Origin: an uncultured delta proteobacterium
GTDB lineage: Bacteria; Desulfobacterota; Binatia; UBA9968
NCBI GenBank assembly: GCA_963728565.1
Contig: CAVSLC010000013.1
Coordinates: 320,001-384,000, forward strand
DNA length: 64,000 nucleotides
Direction of reading: 5' to 3'
The position numbers were made by a program, and so were the translations under genes. The first letter of the stretch is position 1. Every line of letters begins with the position of its first letter. Positions 10,079 to 21,155 of the stretch are shown here, in pieces. Under the pieces are notes generated by a model. The model had not been told where the DNA came from, made no database searches, and saw only the letters and a list, made by a program, of their open reading frames with translations.

Positions 10079-10693
10079 TTAACCGGCAAACTTGTTCATG
10101 TATGGAAGCTTCGTTGCGGTTTTCTTTACCTCGCTCAGGTTAGCTCGAAGCATTGCTGTGGAATCCCAGGATCCGCTGGTCAGTGCGCTGCGGTAGGTAT
10201 CCGGTAAATCAACCCCGATTCTGTCCCCGCCAAAGGAGATAGTCTTTGCTTGGATATTCAAGCTAAACGTAGTTCTTGGATCGCTCTCGACCGCTCGCAT
10301 CAATTTTTCGATATCCCCGGAACTAACAGTTACCGTCGGCACCCCCATTATCGTGCAGTTCCCGGCGAAAATCGCCGCAAAGGATTCGCCGACGATGGCA
10401 TTGATCCCCCATCGATACAGGGCCTGTGGCGCATGTTCGCGCGATGAGCCGCAACCAAAGTTTTTATTAACGAAAAGCAACGATGCCCCTTTGTATTTGG
10501 GATCATTGAGCGGGTGAGGCTTCGAATTGCCTGACGCATCGAAGCGTTCGTCGAAGAATGGATATTCACCCATGCGGGCAAAGGTAACTTCTTTCAGATA
10601 ACGCGCCGGAATGATTCGATCGGTATCGATATCGTTGCCGCGGATCGGCACCGCCCTGCCTTCTACGTTGGTGATTTTCACGATTTCGCTCAT
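10079..10693 (-). CDS. leuD: 3-isopropylmalate dehydratase small subunit
   Basis: DIDTDRIIPARYL, NFGCGSSREHAPQAL, ESFAAIF. Confidence 0.95.
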   Translation of the reverse strand: MSEIVKITNVEGRAVPIRGNDIDTDRIIPARYLKEVTFARMGEYPFFDERFDASGNSKPHPLNDPKYKGASLLFVNKNFGCGSSREHAPQALYRWGINAIVGESFAAIFAGNCTIMGVPTVTVSSGDIEKLMRAVESDPRTTFSLNIQAKTISFGGDRIGVDLPDTYRSALTSGSWDSTAMLRANLSEVKKTATKLPYMNKFAG

Positions 10694-10702
10694 GGTCCCC
10701 TC

Positions 10703-12100
10703 TTATTGATAATCCCGCACGTCGACGACCTTACCGCTTAGCGCGGCAGCTGCGACCATGGCTGGGCTCATCAGTAGAGTTCTTCCCTGGGGGCTACCTT
10801 GACGGCCGATGAAATTACGATTCGACGAAGACGCCGAGACTTCTTTGCCATGGAGCTTATCGGGATTCATCGCCAAGCACATGGAACATCCAGCCTCGCG
10901 CCACTCAAACCCCGCCTCGGTAAATATCTCGTGCAGCCCTTCCTTCTCGGCGAGTTTCTTGACCTCGGCCGAACCGGGAACTACCAGCGCCCGGATTCCG
11001 GATCGAACCTTTTTTCCCTTGGCAATTTTAGCCGCTGCCCGCAGATCCGCGAGCCGGCCATTAGTGCACGAACCGATGAACGCCACGTCAATCGGCGTGC
11101 CTAGAATCGGCGCGCCCGGTTGCCATCCCATATGCTCGTATGCTTTGGTCGCGCCAGCAGGATCGGAGTATTCATCGGGTTTCGGAAGCTTCTCGGTGAT
11201 GCCGACCGCTTGTCCGGGATTGATTCCCCACGTGACGGTCGGTTCGATATCTTTTCCCACAAAGCTGACGACATCGTCGTATTTGGCCTGCGCATCGGAC
11301 GCGATCGACTTCCAATAGGCAACTGCGCGATCGAAGGCAGCGCCAGCCGGCACATAGGGCCTGCCTTTGAGATACTCAAATGTGGTTGTGTCCGGGTTGA
11401 CGTAACCGACCAACGCGCCGCCTTCGATACTCATATTGCAGACGGTCATGCGCTCTTCCATGTTCATGGAGTCAATAACAGAACCGCCATACTCGTACGC
11501 AAAGCCTTTACCGCCGGCGACGCCGAGCCGCCGGATGATATTTAGGATTACATCTTTGGCGTAAACACCGGTACCGAGCGCGCCATCGATATTGATGCGC
11601 CGCACCTTGAGCTTTTCCATCGCCAAGGTCTGTGTTGCCAAGACGTCGCGCACCTGGCTGGTGCCGATGCCAAATGCCAGAGTGCCGAACGCTCCGTGGG
11701 TGCTGGTGTGGCTGTCGCCGCACGCCAAAGTCATTCCCGGTTGAGTCAAGCCGAGCTGCGGTCCGATGACATGGACAATTCCTTGATTGGCGCTATCCAA
11801 TCCGAAGAATTCCACACCGAACTGCTTGACGTTCTTTTCAAGGGCTTGTGTCAGTTCTTCAGCTTCACGATCAAGAAAGGGTCGGCTACGAACATCGGTC
11901 GGAACAATATGATCCACCGTCGCGAAAGTTCGCTCTGGAAACGCCACGTCCATGCCCTTTTCCCGTAACATATCGAACGCAGGTGCCGTGGTAATCTCGT
12001 GGATCAAATGAAGCCCAATGAAAAGCTGGGTCTGGCCAGTGGGAAGAACCCCAACGGAATGGGAATCCCAAATCTTCTCGTACAGCGTTCTACCGCTCAT
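10703..12100 (-). CDS. leuC: 3-isopropylmalate dehydratase large subunit
   Basis: [43 protein letters not shown]. Confidence 0.96.
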   Translation of the reverse strand: MSGRTLYEKIWDSHSVGVLPTGQTQLFIGLHLIHEITTAPAFDMLREKGMDVAFPERTFATVDHIVPTDVRSRPFLDREAEELTQALEKNVKQFGVEFFGLDSANQGIVHVIGPQLGLTQPGMTLACGDSHTSTHGAFGTLAFGIGTSQVRDVLATQTLAMEKLKVRRINIDGALGTGVYAKDVILNIIRRLGVAGGKGFAYEYGGSVIDSMNMEERMTVCNMSIEGGALVGYVNPDTTTFEYLKGRPYVPAGAAFDRAVAYWKSIASDAQAKYDDVVSFVGKDIEPTVTWGINPGQAVGITEKLPKPDEYSDPAGATKAYEHMGWQPGAPILGTPIDVAFIGSCTNGRLADLRAAAKIAKGKKVRSGIRALVVPGSAEVKKLAEKEGLHEIFTEAGFEWREAGCSMCLAMNPDKLHGKEVSASSSNRNFIGRQGSPQGRTLLMSPAMVAAAALSGKVVDVRDYQ

Positions 12101-12246
12101 TCGTAAATCTCCTTCGCAGGATATTATCTGCCGATATCTGCGAGTTCAAGAGGATTAACTCAGTGAAAAGATACGCACTTCTTGGGCTTACGGCTCAGCG
12201 ATAACCCGGGCGCTAAAGCGGCTGCGGACAAACGCGACAAACGGAC

Positions 12247-13167
12247 CTAAAGGCAATTTTTCTGTACCCACTCGACAATTTCATTGCGTTTGGCGAACCA
12301 AACGTCGGCGTGGGACTTAGCGTATTGAATCGCTTCGTCGTAGACCTTGCCAGTCGCGGGAAATGCCATCTGACAGTGCATCGCCAGGGTTAACATCTTG
12401 GGATCGCCGTCGGACTCTTCATAAAGGATGTCGAATTCATCCTTGAAGGAATTAAAGACATCACGGGCAGTGATGCCTCGCCGATACATGCCGGTATCGT
12501 TGAGTCCGCTAATCGCGTTCTTGTAGGGCACCACGATCAACGTTTTACCGTTAATGTCTACCGGATAAGGATTGTCGTCATTGACGGCATCCCCATGCCA
12601 GAGAAAACCTTCGTCGGCAAGAATGCCCAGGGTCCGCTCCGTGTGGCGCATGCCGGAAGTCAGCCAACCAGTGGGTTTTTGGCCGACAAAGTCCTGAAAC
12701 AACTTGGCGCAGGTCCGAATTTCCTCGCGCTCCTCTTCCTCTGTAAGGTGGATCAATTGAACATCCTCGGCATACGAGTGACCGACAATCTCATGTCCTC
12801 GGGCGTGGACCGCCTTTACCGCCTCGGGATATCTGTAGATGCAGAGCGCATTTGTGTTGAACGATGCTTTCACGCCGTGTTTATCCAAGATGCGCAGGAT
12901 GCGCCAGACTCCGGTCCGGCCGCCGTAATCGTTTTCACTGGCGGTGCGACAATCATACTGCGACTTGACATCTTCTTCCTTGATCGGATTCGACCCGCCG
13001 ACATGCCGCGTCCGCCGGTATTTCGAACTTGGCGTTTCGGTCCAGGCTTCCAAATTACCGGCCAACGCAATCGCCATCCGCGCATTGTTGGGCCATTTAA
13101 TTTTGATCTTCTTGGCCTTTGAGTAAACGTCATAGAAGTTGTCGTGTGCCGGCATCATGATTGTCAT
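12247..13167 (-). CDS. Polysaccharide deacetylase family protein (PuuE/allantoinase-like)
   Basis: WPNNARMAI, DYGGRTGVWRILRILDKHGVKASF, GHEIVGH, FKDEFDILYEE, LTLAMH. Confidence 0.82.
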   Translation of the reverse strand: MTIMMPAHDNFYDVYSKAKKIKIKWPNNARMAIALAGNLEAWTETPSSKYRRTRHVGGSNPIKEEDVKSQYDCRTASENDYGGRTGVWRILRILDKHGVKASFNTNALCIYRYPEAVKAVHARGHEIVGHSYAEDVQLIHLTEEEEREEIRTCAKLFQDFVGQKPTGWLTSGMRHTERTLGILADEGFLWHGDAVNDDNPYPVDINGKTLIVVPYKNAISGLNDTGMYRRGITARDVFNSFKDEFDILYEESDGDPKMLTLAMHCQMAFPATGKVYDEAIQYAKSHADVWFAKRNEIVEWVQKNCL

Positions 13168-13202
13168 CCTCCCTCATCGTCGCGGGACTTGCTCATTCGG
13201 CT

Positions 13203-13232
13203 AACGTATATAGAAGTGAGCGACAGTGTCAA
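13203..13232 (-). promoter_or_regulatory. Putative sigma70 promoter of the deacetylase gene
   Basis: TTGACA-18 nt-TACGTT on the minus strand. Confidence 0.5.
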
Positions 13233-13324
13233 CGAAAGCGGCGATCCGCAAATGCACTAAATCGTGGCGCGCAATGGCGTTGGACCTCCATGGCGACTCA
13301 AGAGCCAAGGATTCGGTGCTGCTT

Positions 13325-14056
13325 CTAGTATTTGACTTCCATCAGGAACAAACCCTGCGCCGGAGCTTTCATGCCGGCCTGAGTACGGTCACGCGCATCG
13401 AGAAGTGCGGCAAAGGATTGGGCTGAGCGCTGCTGTCGGCCGACTTCCACTAACGTGCCAACGAGATTGCGCACCATGTGACGAAGAAAAGCTGTTGCCT
13501 CTATGGTAAAAACAATCAAGTCGCCGCTTCGGTTTACGGAACTTGCGTAGATCGTCCTTACAGGATGGGCGGCATCGCACCCAGCGCCACGGAAGGAAGA
13601 AAAATCGTGCTCTCCATTGAGGCAAGTGATCGCCTGGCGCATGGCAGCTGTTTCGAGAGGCTCGTGCACATGCCAAGCGTATCTCAGATGAAACGGTGAA
13701 GGGGTCGATCGATTCAATATCCGGTATTCATAGATGCGGCTGCGCCCCTGGCGCCGGGCATCGAAGGAATCCGGCACGATTTCAACAGTCTTGATCGTGA
13801 CGTCTTCGGGCGTTAGCGCATTGAGAGCGCGTTGCACGCGGTAGGGTTGGAGTTCCTTATCGGATATGAAGTTGGCTACTTGTCCAAGGGCATGAACACC
13901 CGCGTCGGTTCGGCCCGAACCAGTGATACGCGTGGGCCGTCCCAGTAAGGTGGAAACGGCTTTTTCCAGCACGCCTTGAACTGTTTTGCCGGTCGCCTGA
14001 ATTTGCCAGCCGCAATAATCGGTGCCGTCGTACTCGACGGTAAGCTTGACGTTCAC
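13325..14056 (-). CDS. truA: tRNA pseudouridine(38-40) synthase
   Basis: VEYDGTDYCGWQ, SGRTDAGVHALGQ, FLRHMVRNLVG; GTG at 14056 avoids the overlap with asd. Confidence 0.95.
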   Translation of the reverse strand: MNVKLTVEYDGTDYCGWQIQATGKTVQGVLEKAVSTLLGRPTRITGSGRTDAGVHALGQVANFISDKELQPYRVQRALNALTPEDVTIKTVEIVPDSFDARRQGRSRIYEYRILNRSTPSPFHLRYAWHVHEPLETAAMRQAITCLNGEHDFSSFRGAGCDAAHPVRTIYASSVNRSGDLIVFTIEATAFLRHMVRNLVGTLVEVGRQQRSAQSFAALLDARDRTQAGMKAPAQGLFLMEVKY

Positions 14057-14100
14057 TGAAAGCACGAAGGAAAGCGTGACTGGCGGATCATTGCCAATGA

Positions 14101-15123
14101 TCAGAGATAGTCGCGAATCAGAATTTCGGCGATCTGAACCGCATTTAGTGCTGCGCCTTTGCGCAGGTTGTCGGCCACTACCCAAAGATTGATGCCGTTT
14201 TGAACCGACGGATCTTCGCGTATGCGACCTACGTAGGTGGCATCTTTGCCCGTGGCATCGAGGGCCAGCGGATAGAGATTATTCTCCGGCGCATCAGCGA
14301 CGATAATCCCGGGCGCTAGACCGAGCAGCGATCTCACTTCCGCAGCGGTGAGCTTTTTCTCGGTTTCCACGTTCACCGACTCCGAGTGGCTAAAAAAAAC
14401 CGGGACGCGCACGGTAGTGGCCGTTATAGCCAGCGATGGCTCTCCCAGGATCTTCCGTGTCTCATGAATCATCTTCCATTCTTCTTTGGTGTATCCATCC
14501 TCCATGAAGACATCGATATGGGGTATGCAATTAAACGCAATCTGGTGCGGGAATTTTTTCTTCTCCACTTCCTTGCTGTTATACAGAGCCGCAACCTGCT
14601 GGCTTAATTCCTCCATCGCTTGCCTGCCTGCGCCCGACACCGATTGATAGGTGGAAACCACCACGCGCTTAATTCGCGCGGCATCGTGAATCGGTTTAAG
14701 AGCAACCACCATTTGGATAGTGGAGCAGTTAGGATTAGCGATAATCCGGCGCTTCTTGTAATCACTGATAGCGCTCGCATTTACCTCCGGGACCACCAAC
14801 GGGATGTCCGGCGCCATGCGAAAGTGGGCGGTATTGTCAACCACGACAGCGCCGGCAGAAACCGCCAGAGGAGCGTATTTTGCGCTGACAGTCCCCCCGG
14901 CAGAAAACAACGCAATGTCGGTACTTTCAAATGAGTTCTCGTTCAACACACCGACCCGGTGCTGACGACCGTCAAACTCAAGAAACTGGCCGGCGGACCG
15001 TTCAGACGCGAGCAAGCGCATTTCGCCCACCGGAAATTTCCGTTCTTCCAACACCTCACGCATCTGTTCACCAACGGCTCCCGTGGCGCCAACGATTGCG
15101 ACATTGTACCTTGCTTTTTTCAC
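14101..15123 (-). CDS. asd: Aspartate-semialdehyde dehydrogenase
   Basis: VAIVGATGAVG, IIANPNCSTIQ, STYQSVSGAG, DNLRKGAALNAVQIAE. Confidence 0.97.
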   Translation of the reverse strand: MKKARYNVAIVGATGAVGEQMREVLEERKFPVGEMRLLASERSAGQFLEFDGRQHRVGVLNENSFESTDIALFSAGGTVSAKYAPLAVSAGAVVVDNTAHFRMAPDIPLVVPEVNASAISDYKKRRIIANPNCSTIQMVVALKPIHDAARIKRVVVSTYQSVSGAGRQAMEELSQQVAALYNSKEVEKKKFPHQIAFNCIPHIDVFMEDGYTKEEWKMIHETRKILGEPSLAITATTVRVPVFFSHSESVNVETEKKLTAAEVRSLLGLAPGIIVADAPENNLYPLALDATGKDATYVGRIREDPSVQNGINLWVVADNLRKGAALNAVQIAEILIRDYL

Positions 15124-15129
15124 CTTCGC

Positions 15130-16221
15130 TTAGCCCTTCACCGCGCCGATCCTGTCCCGAACCCGCTGGCCCATCTCTTTGCACCCGACAAGCCGGCAGT
15201 CTTTCTGCTGAATATCCAGGGTTCGGTATCCTTCATTCAAGACATCCTCCACGGCTTTTTCTATGCGATCCGCTGCCGCGCTCTGCTCAAGAGAATGACG
15301 CAGCATCATTGCCACACTGAGAATGGTTGCAAGAGGATTAGCCTTATCTTGGCCGGTAATATCGGGGGCGCTGCCATGAACCGGCTCGTACATGCCGACT
15401 TTCCCGCCAACGCTGGCTGAAGGCAGCATGCCAATGGACCCTGTCAGCATGGCGGCTTCATCGCTCAGTATGTCTCCGAACATGTTCGTAGTCACGACCA
15501 CGTCAAATTGCCTGGGATTGCGGATCAATTGCATGGCGCAGTTGTCGACCAGCATATGCTCCAATTGAATGGCCGCATAGCCCTCGTCCGCATGCACTCG
15601 GGTAACCACTTTGCGCCATAATTCGCTAGCCTCTAACACGTTGGCCTTGTCGACCGAAGTAACTTTTTTGCGTCGCTTCAAGGCGGCCTGAAACGCCACG
15701 TGAGCGATACGCTCGATTTCAGGAGTGGTGTAGACCTCGGTATTGACTCCACGCTCGGTTCCGTCGGGTAGTTTCGTCACACCTTTGGGGTGCCCGAAGT
15801 AGATTCCCCCGGTCAATTCGCGAACGACGAGAAGGTCAGTTCCTTCGACCACCTCTTGCTTCAACGTCGATGCCGCGGCCAGAGCAGAAAATAATTTCAC
15901 CGGCCGAAGATTGGCAAACAATCCAAGTTCCCGCCGCAGGGCAAGTAGCGCGCGCTCCGGGCGAATCGAATAATCGAGTCCGTCCCATTTAGGTCCGCCC
16001 ATGGCGCCGAGAAGCACGGCGTTGCTTTGCTTGCATAAATTTAAGACGCCGTCCGTCAGAGGTTGGCCGTGAGCATCGATCGACGCGCCGCCAACTATTC
16101 CTTCCTGCAAGTCGACGCCGAAACCATAAAGCTGCGCGACTTGTTGAAGCACCTCGGTGCCCTGTTGCATCACCTCAGGTCCGATGCCATCGCCCGGCAA
16201 AACTGTGATCTTGTAATTCAT
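15130..16221 (-). CDS. leuB: 3-isopropylmalate dehydrogenase
   Basis: LPGDGIGPEV, RELTGGIYFG, NMFGDILSDEA, EPVHGSAPDI. Confidence 0.97.
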   Translation of the reverse strand: MNYKITVLPGDGIGPEVMQQGTEVLQQVAQLYGFGVDLQEGIVGGASIDAHGQPLTDGVLNLCKQSNAVLLGAMGGPKWDGLDYSIRPERALLALRRELGLFANLRPVKLFSALAAASTLKQEVVEGTDLLVVRELTGGIYFGHPKGVTKLPDGTERGVNTEVYTTPEIERIAHVAFQAALKRRKKVTSVDKANVLEASELWRKVVTRVHADEGYAAIQLEHMLVDNCAMQLIRNPRQFDVVVTTNMFGDILSDEAAMLTGSIGMLPSASVGGKVGMYEPVHGSAPDITGQDKANPLATILSVAMMLRHSLEQSAAADRIEKAVEDVLNEGYRTLDIQQKDCRLVGCKEMGQRVRDRIGAVKG

Positions 16222-17783
16222 GGGCCCTCTCTCTCAACCAGTTGTCGATATTGTTTTCGTCCCTGAAGCTTGTTCAGCGCATTGATATAAGCCGCTGCGC
16301 TGGCCATGATGATGTCGGTATGAGAGCCCTGTCCCGATACTCGCATGCCGCCGTCTTGAATTTGACAGGAGACCTCGCCCTGAGCATCGGCTCCGCCGGT
16401 AATAGCGTTCACCGTATACCGAACAAGTTGCGCCTCAGAGCCGGTTATTCTGGCGATGACTTTATAGCACGCATCGACGGCGCCGTCTCCGGAAGCGTGA
16501 TCCATCCGCTCCTGGCCGTCGACCCGCATTTTTACGGTGGCCGAGGGAATCCCGTCGGAACTGGAATTGACGCTCAGATACAACAGCTCATAACAGTCCG
16601 GTTGTCCCGGAACCCTGAGAATCTCTTCGGCAACAATCGCCTCAATGTCTTCGTCATAGACGTTTTTTTTCTTGTCTGCCAGTTCTTTGAAACGGAGGAA
16701 GGCGCGGTTCATGTCTTCCTTGCTGAGATTGAAACCGAGATGCTTTAACCGCTCATCGAAAGCGTGTCGGCCGGAATGTTTGCCCATGACCAGGCGATTT
16801 CCGCTGATACCCACGGATTCGGGGGTCATGATTTCGTAGGTTTGCTTGTGCTTGAGTACCCCATCCTGATGAATACCGGCCTCGTGCGCAAAAGCGTTTT
16901 CACCGACAATCGGTTTGTTGATCGGAATCGGAATTCCGGTGACCTGTGATACCAGGCGTGATGTCGGATAAAGCTGCTCGGTGATTATATTGGTATCGAG
17001 ATCGAGATAGTTCTTTCTCGTGCGCAGCGCCATCACGACCTCTTCCAGAGAGGTATTGCCGGCCCGTTCGCCGATGCCGTTAATCGTGCATTCGATCTGT
17101 CTGGCGCCATTGTGCACGGCCGCCAACGAGTTCGCCACGGCGAGTCCGAGATCGTTGTGACAGTGCGCGCTCCAAATCACCCGGTCTGCCCCAGCGGTTC
17201 GTTCAATCAAGTTGCTCATGAGCGCGCCAAATTCCGAAGGAATTGCGTATCCGGTGGTATCCGGAACGTTGATGGTGTTGGCTCCGGCGCGAATTACTTC
17301 TTTGAACACCTGGATCATGAACTCCAATGCGCTGCGCGATGCGTCTTCCGCCGAGAATTCTATATAATCGATATGTTTCTTCGCATACCTAACTGCTTTG
17401 ACAGCGGCTTCCAAAACCTGCTCTCGCGACATCCGAAGCTTGTGCTCCAGATGAATGTCCGAAGTCGCAATAAATATATGAATGCCGGGGTTGGCCGCAT
17501 GCTCGACGGCTTTAAGCGCGCGCTCGATATCTCCTTCTTGAGAACGCGCTAGGCTGAGCACGCGCGGTCGTTTCACCTCTTTACAGACTCGCCTTACGGA
17601 TTCGAAATCGCCGTCTGATGAGGCGGCAAACCCCGCCTCGATTACATCGACGCCGAGCTTTTCCAACTGGCGCGCAATGACCACCTTCTGTTCAACGGTC
17701 ATGCTGGCGCCGGGCGACTGCTCGCCGTCTCGCAATGTGGTGTCGAAAATTCTGACGTGACTACTGTGCATGCTGTCTGACAT
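16218..17783 (-). CDS. leuA: 2-isopropylmalate synthase
   Basis: [35 protein letters not shown]-terminal regulatory domain; SD AGGAGG before ATG 17783. Confidence 0.96.
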   Translation of the reverse strand: MSDSMHSSHVRIFDTTLRDGEQSPGASMTVEQKVVIARQLEKLGVDVIEAGFAASSDGDFESVRRVCKEVKRPRVLSLARSQEGDIERALKAVEHAANPGIHIFIATSDIHLEHKLRMSREQVLEAAVKAVRYAKKHIDYIEFSAEDASRSALEFMIQVFKEVIRAGANTINVPDTTGYAIPSEFGALMSNLIERTAGADRVIWSAHCHNDLGLAVANSLAAVHNGARQIECTINGIGERAGNTSLEEVVMALRTRKNYLDLDTNIITEQLYPTSRLVSQVTGIPIPINKPIVGENAFAHEAGIHQDGVLKHKQTYEIMTPESVGISGNRLVMGKHSGRHAFDERLKHLGFNLSKEDMNRAFLRFKELADKKKNVYDEDIEAIVAEEILRVPGQPDCYELLYLSVNSSSDGIPSATVKMRVDGQERMDHASGDGAVDACYKVIARITGSEAQLVRYTVNAITGGADAQGEVSCQIQDGGMRVSGQGSHTDIIMASAAAYINALNKLQGRKQYRQLVEREGP

Positions 17784-17816
17784 GGCTCCTCCTGAGTTTG
17801 CGGCCAACACTGTCCA

Positions 17817-17851
17817 GAAACAAAAACTCCCGCGGCAATGCCAACGGGAGT
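17817..17851 (-). terminator. Intrinsic terminator-like hairpin between pssA and leuA
   Basis: ACTCCCG...CGGGAGT stem followed by TTTTGTTT on the minus strand. Confidence 0.55.
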
Positions 17852-17879
17852 ATCCTTTGCGTGTCAAAAGAGAGGGCGC

Positions 17880-18734
17880 TTACGGTACTGCTTTCGCTGT
17901 CTCTCCTCTTTTCCCCCGTTGACGCCGTAACAGCGTCCAACACCATAAGAGGGGCCCGGATAATGTGTACAACAGGAAACTGGTAAAAAACATAACCTGC
18001 GGCGCCAGAACAGCGAGTTTAATCAAGATCAAACCAAGAACTAAGGCCGGGATCGGCAGACGCTTGCGCAAATCGGTGCTCTTCACACTGAAATAATGAA
18101 ACCCGCTAACCATCAAGAGAGCCAGACCATAAATAACCAAGAGAAGCGTCAGATGCTTGTTGGCCGCGCCTTCGCCTCCCATGTAGTAATAAATGAGAAC
18201 TGTCGCTGCGATCATTTCGGCGGCGGCTGGAATCGGTAAGCCGACAAAATGGCCCTTGGCGGCGCTTTTGGCTTGCACGTTGTAACGCGCCAACCGCAAT
18301 GCGCCGCAGACGACGTAGGTGCAAGCCGCCAACCATCCCCAGTTTCCCCAAGGAACAAGTGCCCAGAAATAAACCAGGATCGCTGGCGCTACGCCGAAGG
18401 AAACGACATCCGCAAGAGAATCGAGCTCTACGCCAAATTGACTGGTGGTATTGGTCAGGCGTGCCGCGTAGCCATCCACGCCGTCGAGTACATTGGCCAG
18501 GATGATAAAGAACACCGCCTGAACGTATTCTCCATTGAACGTCGATACGATGGAAAAAAAACCGCACATAATGTTGCCGGCGGTGAACAGACTAGGGATT
18601 AAAAATACCCCTTTTTTAAGTTTCTCCGCAGGCATGCGCTGGCGCAGCGGAACACGCGGCCGTGTTTTTCGATGCAGCAGGCGCACCCTTGCTTGAGAAT
18701 TCGGCTGCGGTTCTGGAGAATTAATCCCATTCAT
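17880..18734 (-). CDS. pssA: CDP-diacylglycerol--serine O-phosphatidyltransferase
   Basis: LDGVDGYAAR...SQFGVELDSLADVVSFGVAPA, LRLARYN, FVGLPIP. Confidence 0.94.
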   Translation of the reverse strand: MNGINSPEPQPNSQARVRLLHRKTRPRVPLRQRMPAEKLKKGVFLIPSLFTAGNIMCGFFSIVSTFNGEYVQAVFFIILANVLDGVDGYAARLTNTTSQFGVELDSLADVVSFGVAPAILVYFWALVPWGNWGWLAACTYVVCGALRLARYNVQAKSAAKGHFVGLPIPAAAEMIAATVLIYYYMGGEGAANKHLTLLLVIYGLALLMVSGFHYFSVKSTDLRKRLPIPALVLGLILIKLAVLAPQVMFFTSFLLYTLSGPLLWCWTLLRRQRGKRGETAKAVP

Positions 18735-19360
18735 ACGAATCGTCCTACAATTGTTTCTCCGCCTTTCACCCTCTGCCCTTCCGAAACTTCAATGCGACTG
18801 CTGTCCGGTAAGTAAAGATCGGTTCGAGACCCGAACATAATCAGACCGAATTTAGCGCCCCTGCTCAGGAGATCGCTTTTTCGCGCGCGGCAGATAATCC
18901 GCCGAGCCACAACTCCGGCAACCTGCACAACCTCAACTTCTCGACTTTGGTCATCGACTAGCCTTAAGCTATTCTGTTCATTTTTCTCTGAAGCATCGTC
19001 TTTATAAGCCGCGATAAACTTGCCCGGCGTATGCTTCACATCTTCAACTTTGCCACCGATGGGCGAGCGATTGATATGGACATCCAACGGCGACAAGAAA
19101 ATACTAACACGAGCGTCGGCTTTTTTCATTAGACGGCCCTGTGTAACTTTGGTGATGCTGACGACTCTACCATCTGCCGGTGCAACAATCAGTCCCTCTC
19201 CATCCGGGGGACGGCGTTCCGGATCCCGGAAAAAAGCCAGCACTCCTAGCGCGAAAATACCTAAAATACCCGCAAGCCCTGACCAGCCAATCGCCCATGC
19301 CGCAGCGCTTAAAGACGCGGTGAACAGAATAAGTGGATAACCTTCTTTGGCAACCCTCAT
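18731..19360 (-). CDS. psd: Phosphatidylserine decarboxylase proenzyme
   Basis: FFRDPER, APADGRV, DVHINRSP, FGSRTD (pyruvoyl cleavage site). Confidence 0.94.
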   Translation of the reverse strand: MRVAKEGYPLILFTASLSAAAWAIGWSGLAGILGIFALGVLAFFRDPERRPPDGEGLIVAPADGRVVSITKVTQGRLMKKADARVSIFLSPLDVHINRSPIGGKVEDVKHTPGKFIAAYKDDASEKNEQNSLRLVDDQSREVEVVQVAGVVARRIICRARKSDLLSRGAKFGLIMFGSRTDLYLPDSSRIEVSEGQRVKGGETIVGRFV

Positions 19361-19418
19361 GCAAAATAGTTCATAAAAGGAGCGGCCCAACGGTGACTGA
19401 ATGCAACTATAACAACGC

Positions 19419-20435
19419 TCAGTTCTTGCTTTTATCGACCAATCGATTCTGCGCCAACCACGGCATCATGGATCTCAGATTCGCGCCCACTTTCTCGAGG
19501 GGATGATTTCCGGCTTCTTTGCGCAGCTCCGAGAAGTGCGGCATGCCGCACTTGTACTCGTTGATCCATTCCTCGGCGAAGCTGCCTGACTGAATGTCAC
19601 CGAGAATTTTTTTCATAGCCTGCGCGACCTCGGGGCCGATCACTCGTTTTCCACGGGTCAGATCGCCATACTCAGCCGTATTGCTGATCGAATAGCGCAT
19701 GTTGGTCATGCCCCCTTCATAAATCAAATCCACGATCAGCTTAACTTCGTGAACACATTCGAAATAAGCCATCTCCGGTGGATATCCGGCGTTCACAAGC
19801 GTCTCGTAGCCTGCTTGAATCAGAGCTGTCAACCCACCGCAGAGGACCGCTTGCTCGCCAAAAAGATCCGTTTCTGTTTCGTCTTTAAACGTGGTCTGAA
19901 TGACCGCTGCGCGGGCGCCGCCGAGGGCGCTGGCATAAGCAAGTCCCACTGGGGTGGTATCGCCGCTCGGATCCTGATGAACCGCAAGCAAGCACGGCAC
20001 CCCGCGTCCCTTCTCGAATTCGCTACGCACTAGATGACCGGGCCCCTTGGGCGCGACCATAAAAACATTACAACCTTCAGGTGGCACGACGCGTTTGAAG
20101 TGGATATTGAAGCCGTGACCGAAGGCGAGATAATTTCCGCTCTTTAGACCCGGCTTGATTTCTTTTTCGTAGGCATCCCCTTGCAGCTCGTCGGGGAGTA
20201 GGATCATGATGATGTCGCCGACTTTAGCAGCCTCTGCGGTTTCTAAGACCTTCAGACCGGCCTTCTCGGCTTTCTCCCAGGAACTGCTTTCGCGTTTCAA
20301 ACCGACAACAACATCCACACCGGAATCGCGCAGATTGTTCGCATGAGCATGTCCTTGGCTGCCGTAGCCCAAAACAGCCACCTTTTTTCCCGACAAGTAC
20401 TTTAGATCGGCATCGCGATCATAATAAACTTGCAT
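19419..20435 (-). CDS. ilvC: Ketol-acid reductoisomerase
   Basis: [36 protein letters not shown]. Confidence 0.97.
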   Translation of the reverse strand: MQVYYDRDADLKYLSGKKVAVLGYGSQGHAHANNLRDSGVDVVVGLKRESSSWEKAEKAGLKVLETAEAAKVGDIIMILLPDELQGDAYEKEIKPGLKSGNYLAFGHGFNIHFKRVVPPEGCNVFMVAPKGPGHLVRSEFEKGRGVPCLLAVHQDPSGDTTPVGLAYASALGGARAAVIQTTFKDETETDLFGEQAVLCGGLTALIQAGYETLVNAGYPPEMAYFECVHEVKLIVDLIYEGGMTNMRYSISNTAEYGDLTRGKRVIGPEVAQAMKKILGDIQSGSFAEEWINEYKCGMPHFSELRKEAGNHPLEKVGANLRSMMPWLAQNRLVDKSKN

Positions 20436-20462
20436 TAAGTTCCCCTTCTAGAGCGAAGTTCC

Positions 20463-20491
20463 AATATGGCGAGAACAGACGATCATGTCAA
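20463..20491 (-). promoter_or_regulatory. Putative sigma70 promoter of ilvC
   Basis: TTGACA-17 nt-CATATT. Confidence 0.6.
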
Positions 20492-20622
20492 ATTGGAGCT
20501 GACGTAACTACCCGATCTATGTCGCCACTGAAACGGATGATGAAAAGCGTTCTCGGATCTCGCGAGGTTTCTAGCTGACGCCCACTAACGGTGTCTTAGG
20601 AAACATAGAACCTGAGCGCACG

Positions 20623-21144
20623 TCAAGATTTGAGCAAAGCCGGCTCGCGACGAGGTGACGCGGTTCGTGTGGTCTCTCGTGCAATGCCGATCCTGCCCGT
20701 GCGGATAAGCTCCTTTATTCCTAATGGCTTAAGCATATTGATCAGAGCTTCAACCTTGTCGACGTCGCCGGTGATTTCGATTGTGTAAGTGGTTAGTGAA
20801 GAATCGACAATTTTGGCCCGGAAGATGTCTGCAATCCGTACGGCTTCTTCTCGGTGTTCGGGTTTTGTGTGAACTTTGATAAGCGCCGTCTCCCGATCAA
20901 GAAAATCAGTTTCGGTGAGATCCACCACTTCCAGGACTTCCACTACCTTGTTTAACTGCTTCATGATCTGCTCGATGATCCGATCGTCACCGATAGTAAC
21001 GATGGTTATGCGAGAGGTGGTCGGGTCCAAAGTGGCAGCGACCGATAGACTTTCGATGTTATACCCGCGCGCGCTGAACAATCCTGCTACTCTTGCCAAA
21101 ACGCCAAATTTGTTTTCGACGAGAATCGAAATTATATGTTCCAT
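20623..21144 (-). CDS. ilvN: Acetolactate synthase small subunit
   Basis: VENKFGVLARVAGLFSARGYNIESL (ACT domain), EQIMKQLNK. Confidence 0.95.
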   Translation of the reverse strand: MEHIISILVENKFGVLARVAGLFSARGYNIESLSVAATLDPTTSRITIVTIGDDRIIEQIMKQLNKVVEVLEVVDLTETDFLDRETALIKVHTKPEHREEAVRIADIFRAKIVDSSLTTYTIEITGDVDKVEALINMLKPLGIKELIRTGRIGIARETTRTASPRREPALLKS

Positions 21145-21155
21145 TCGCTGAAAAA

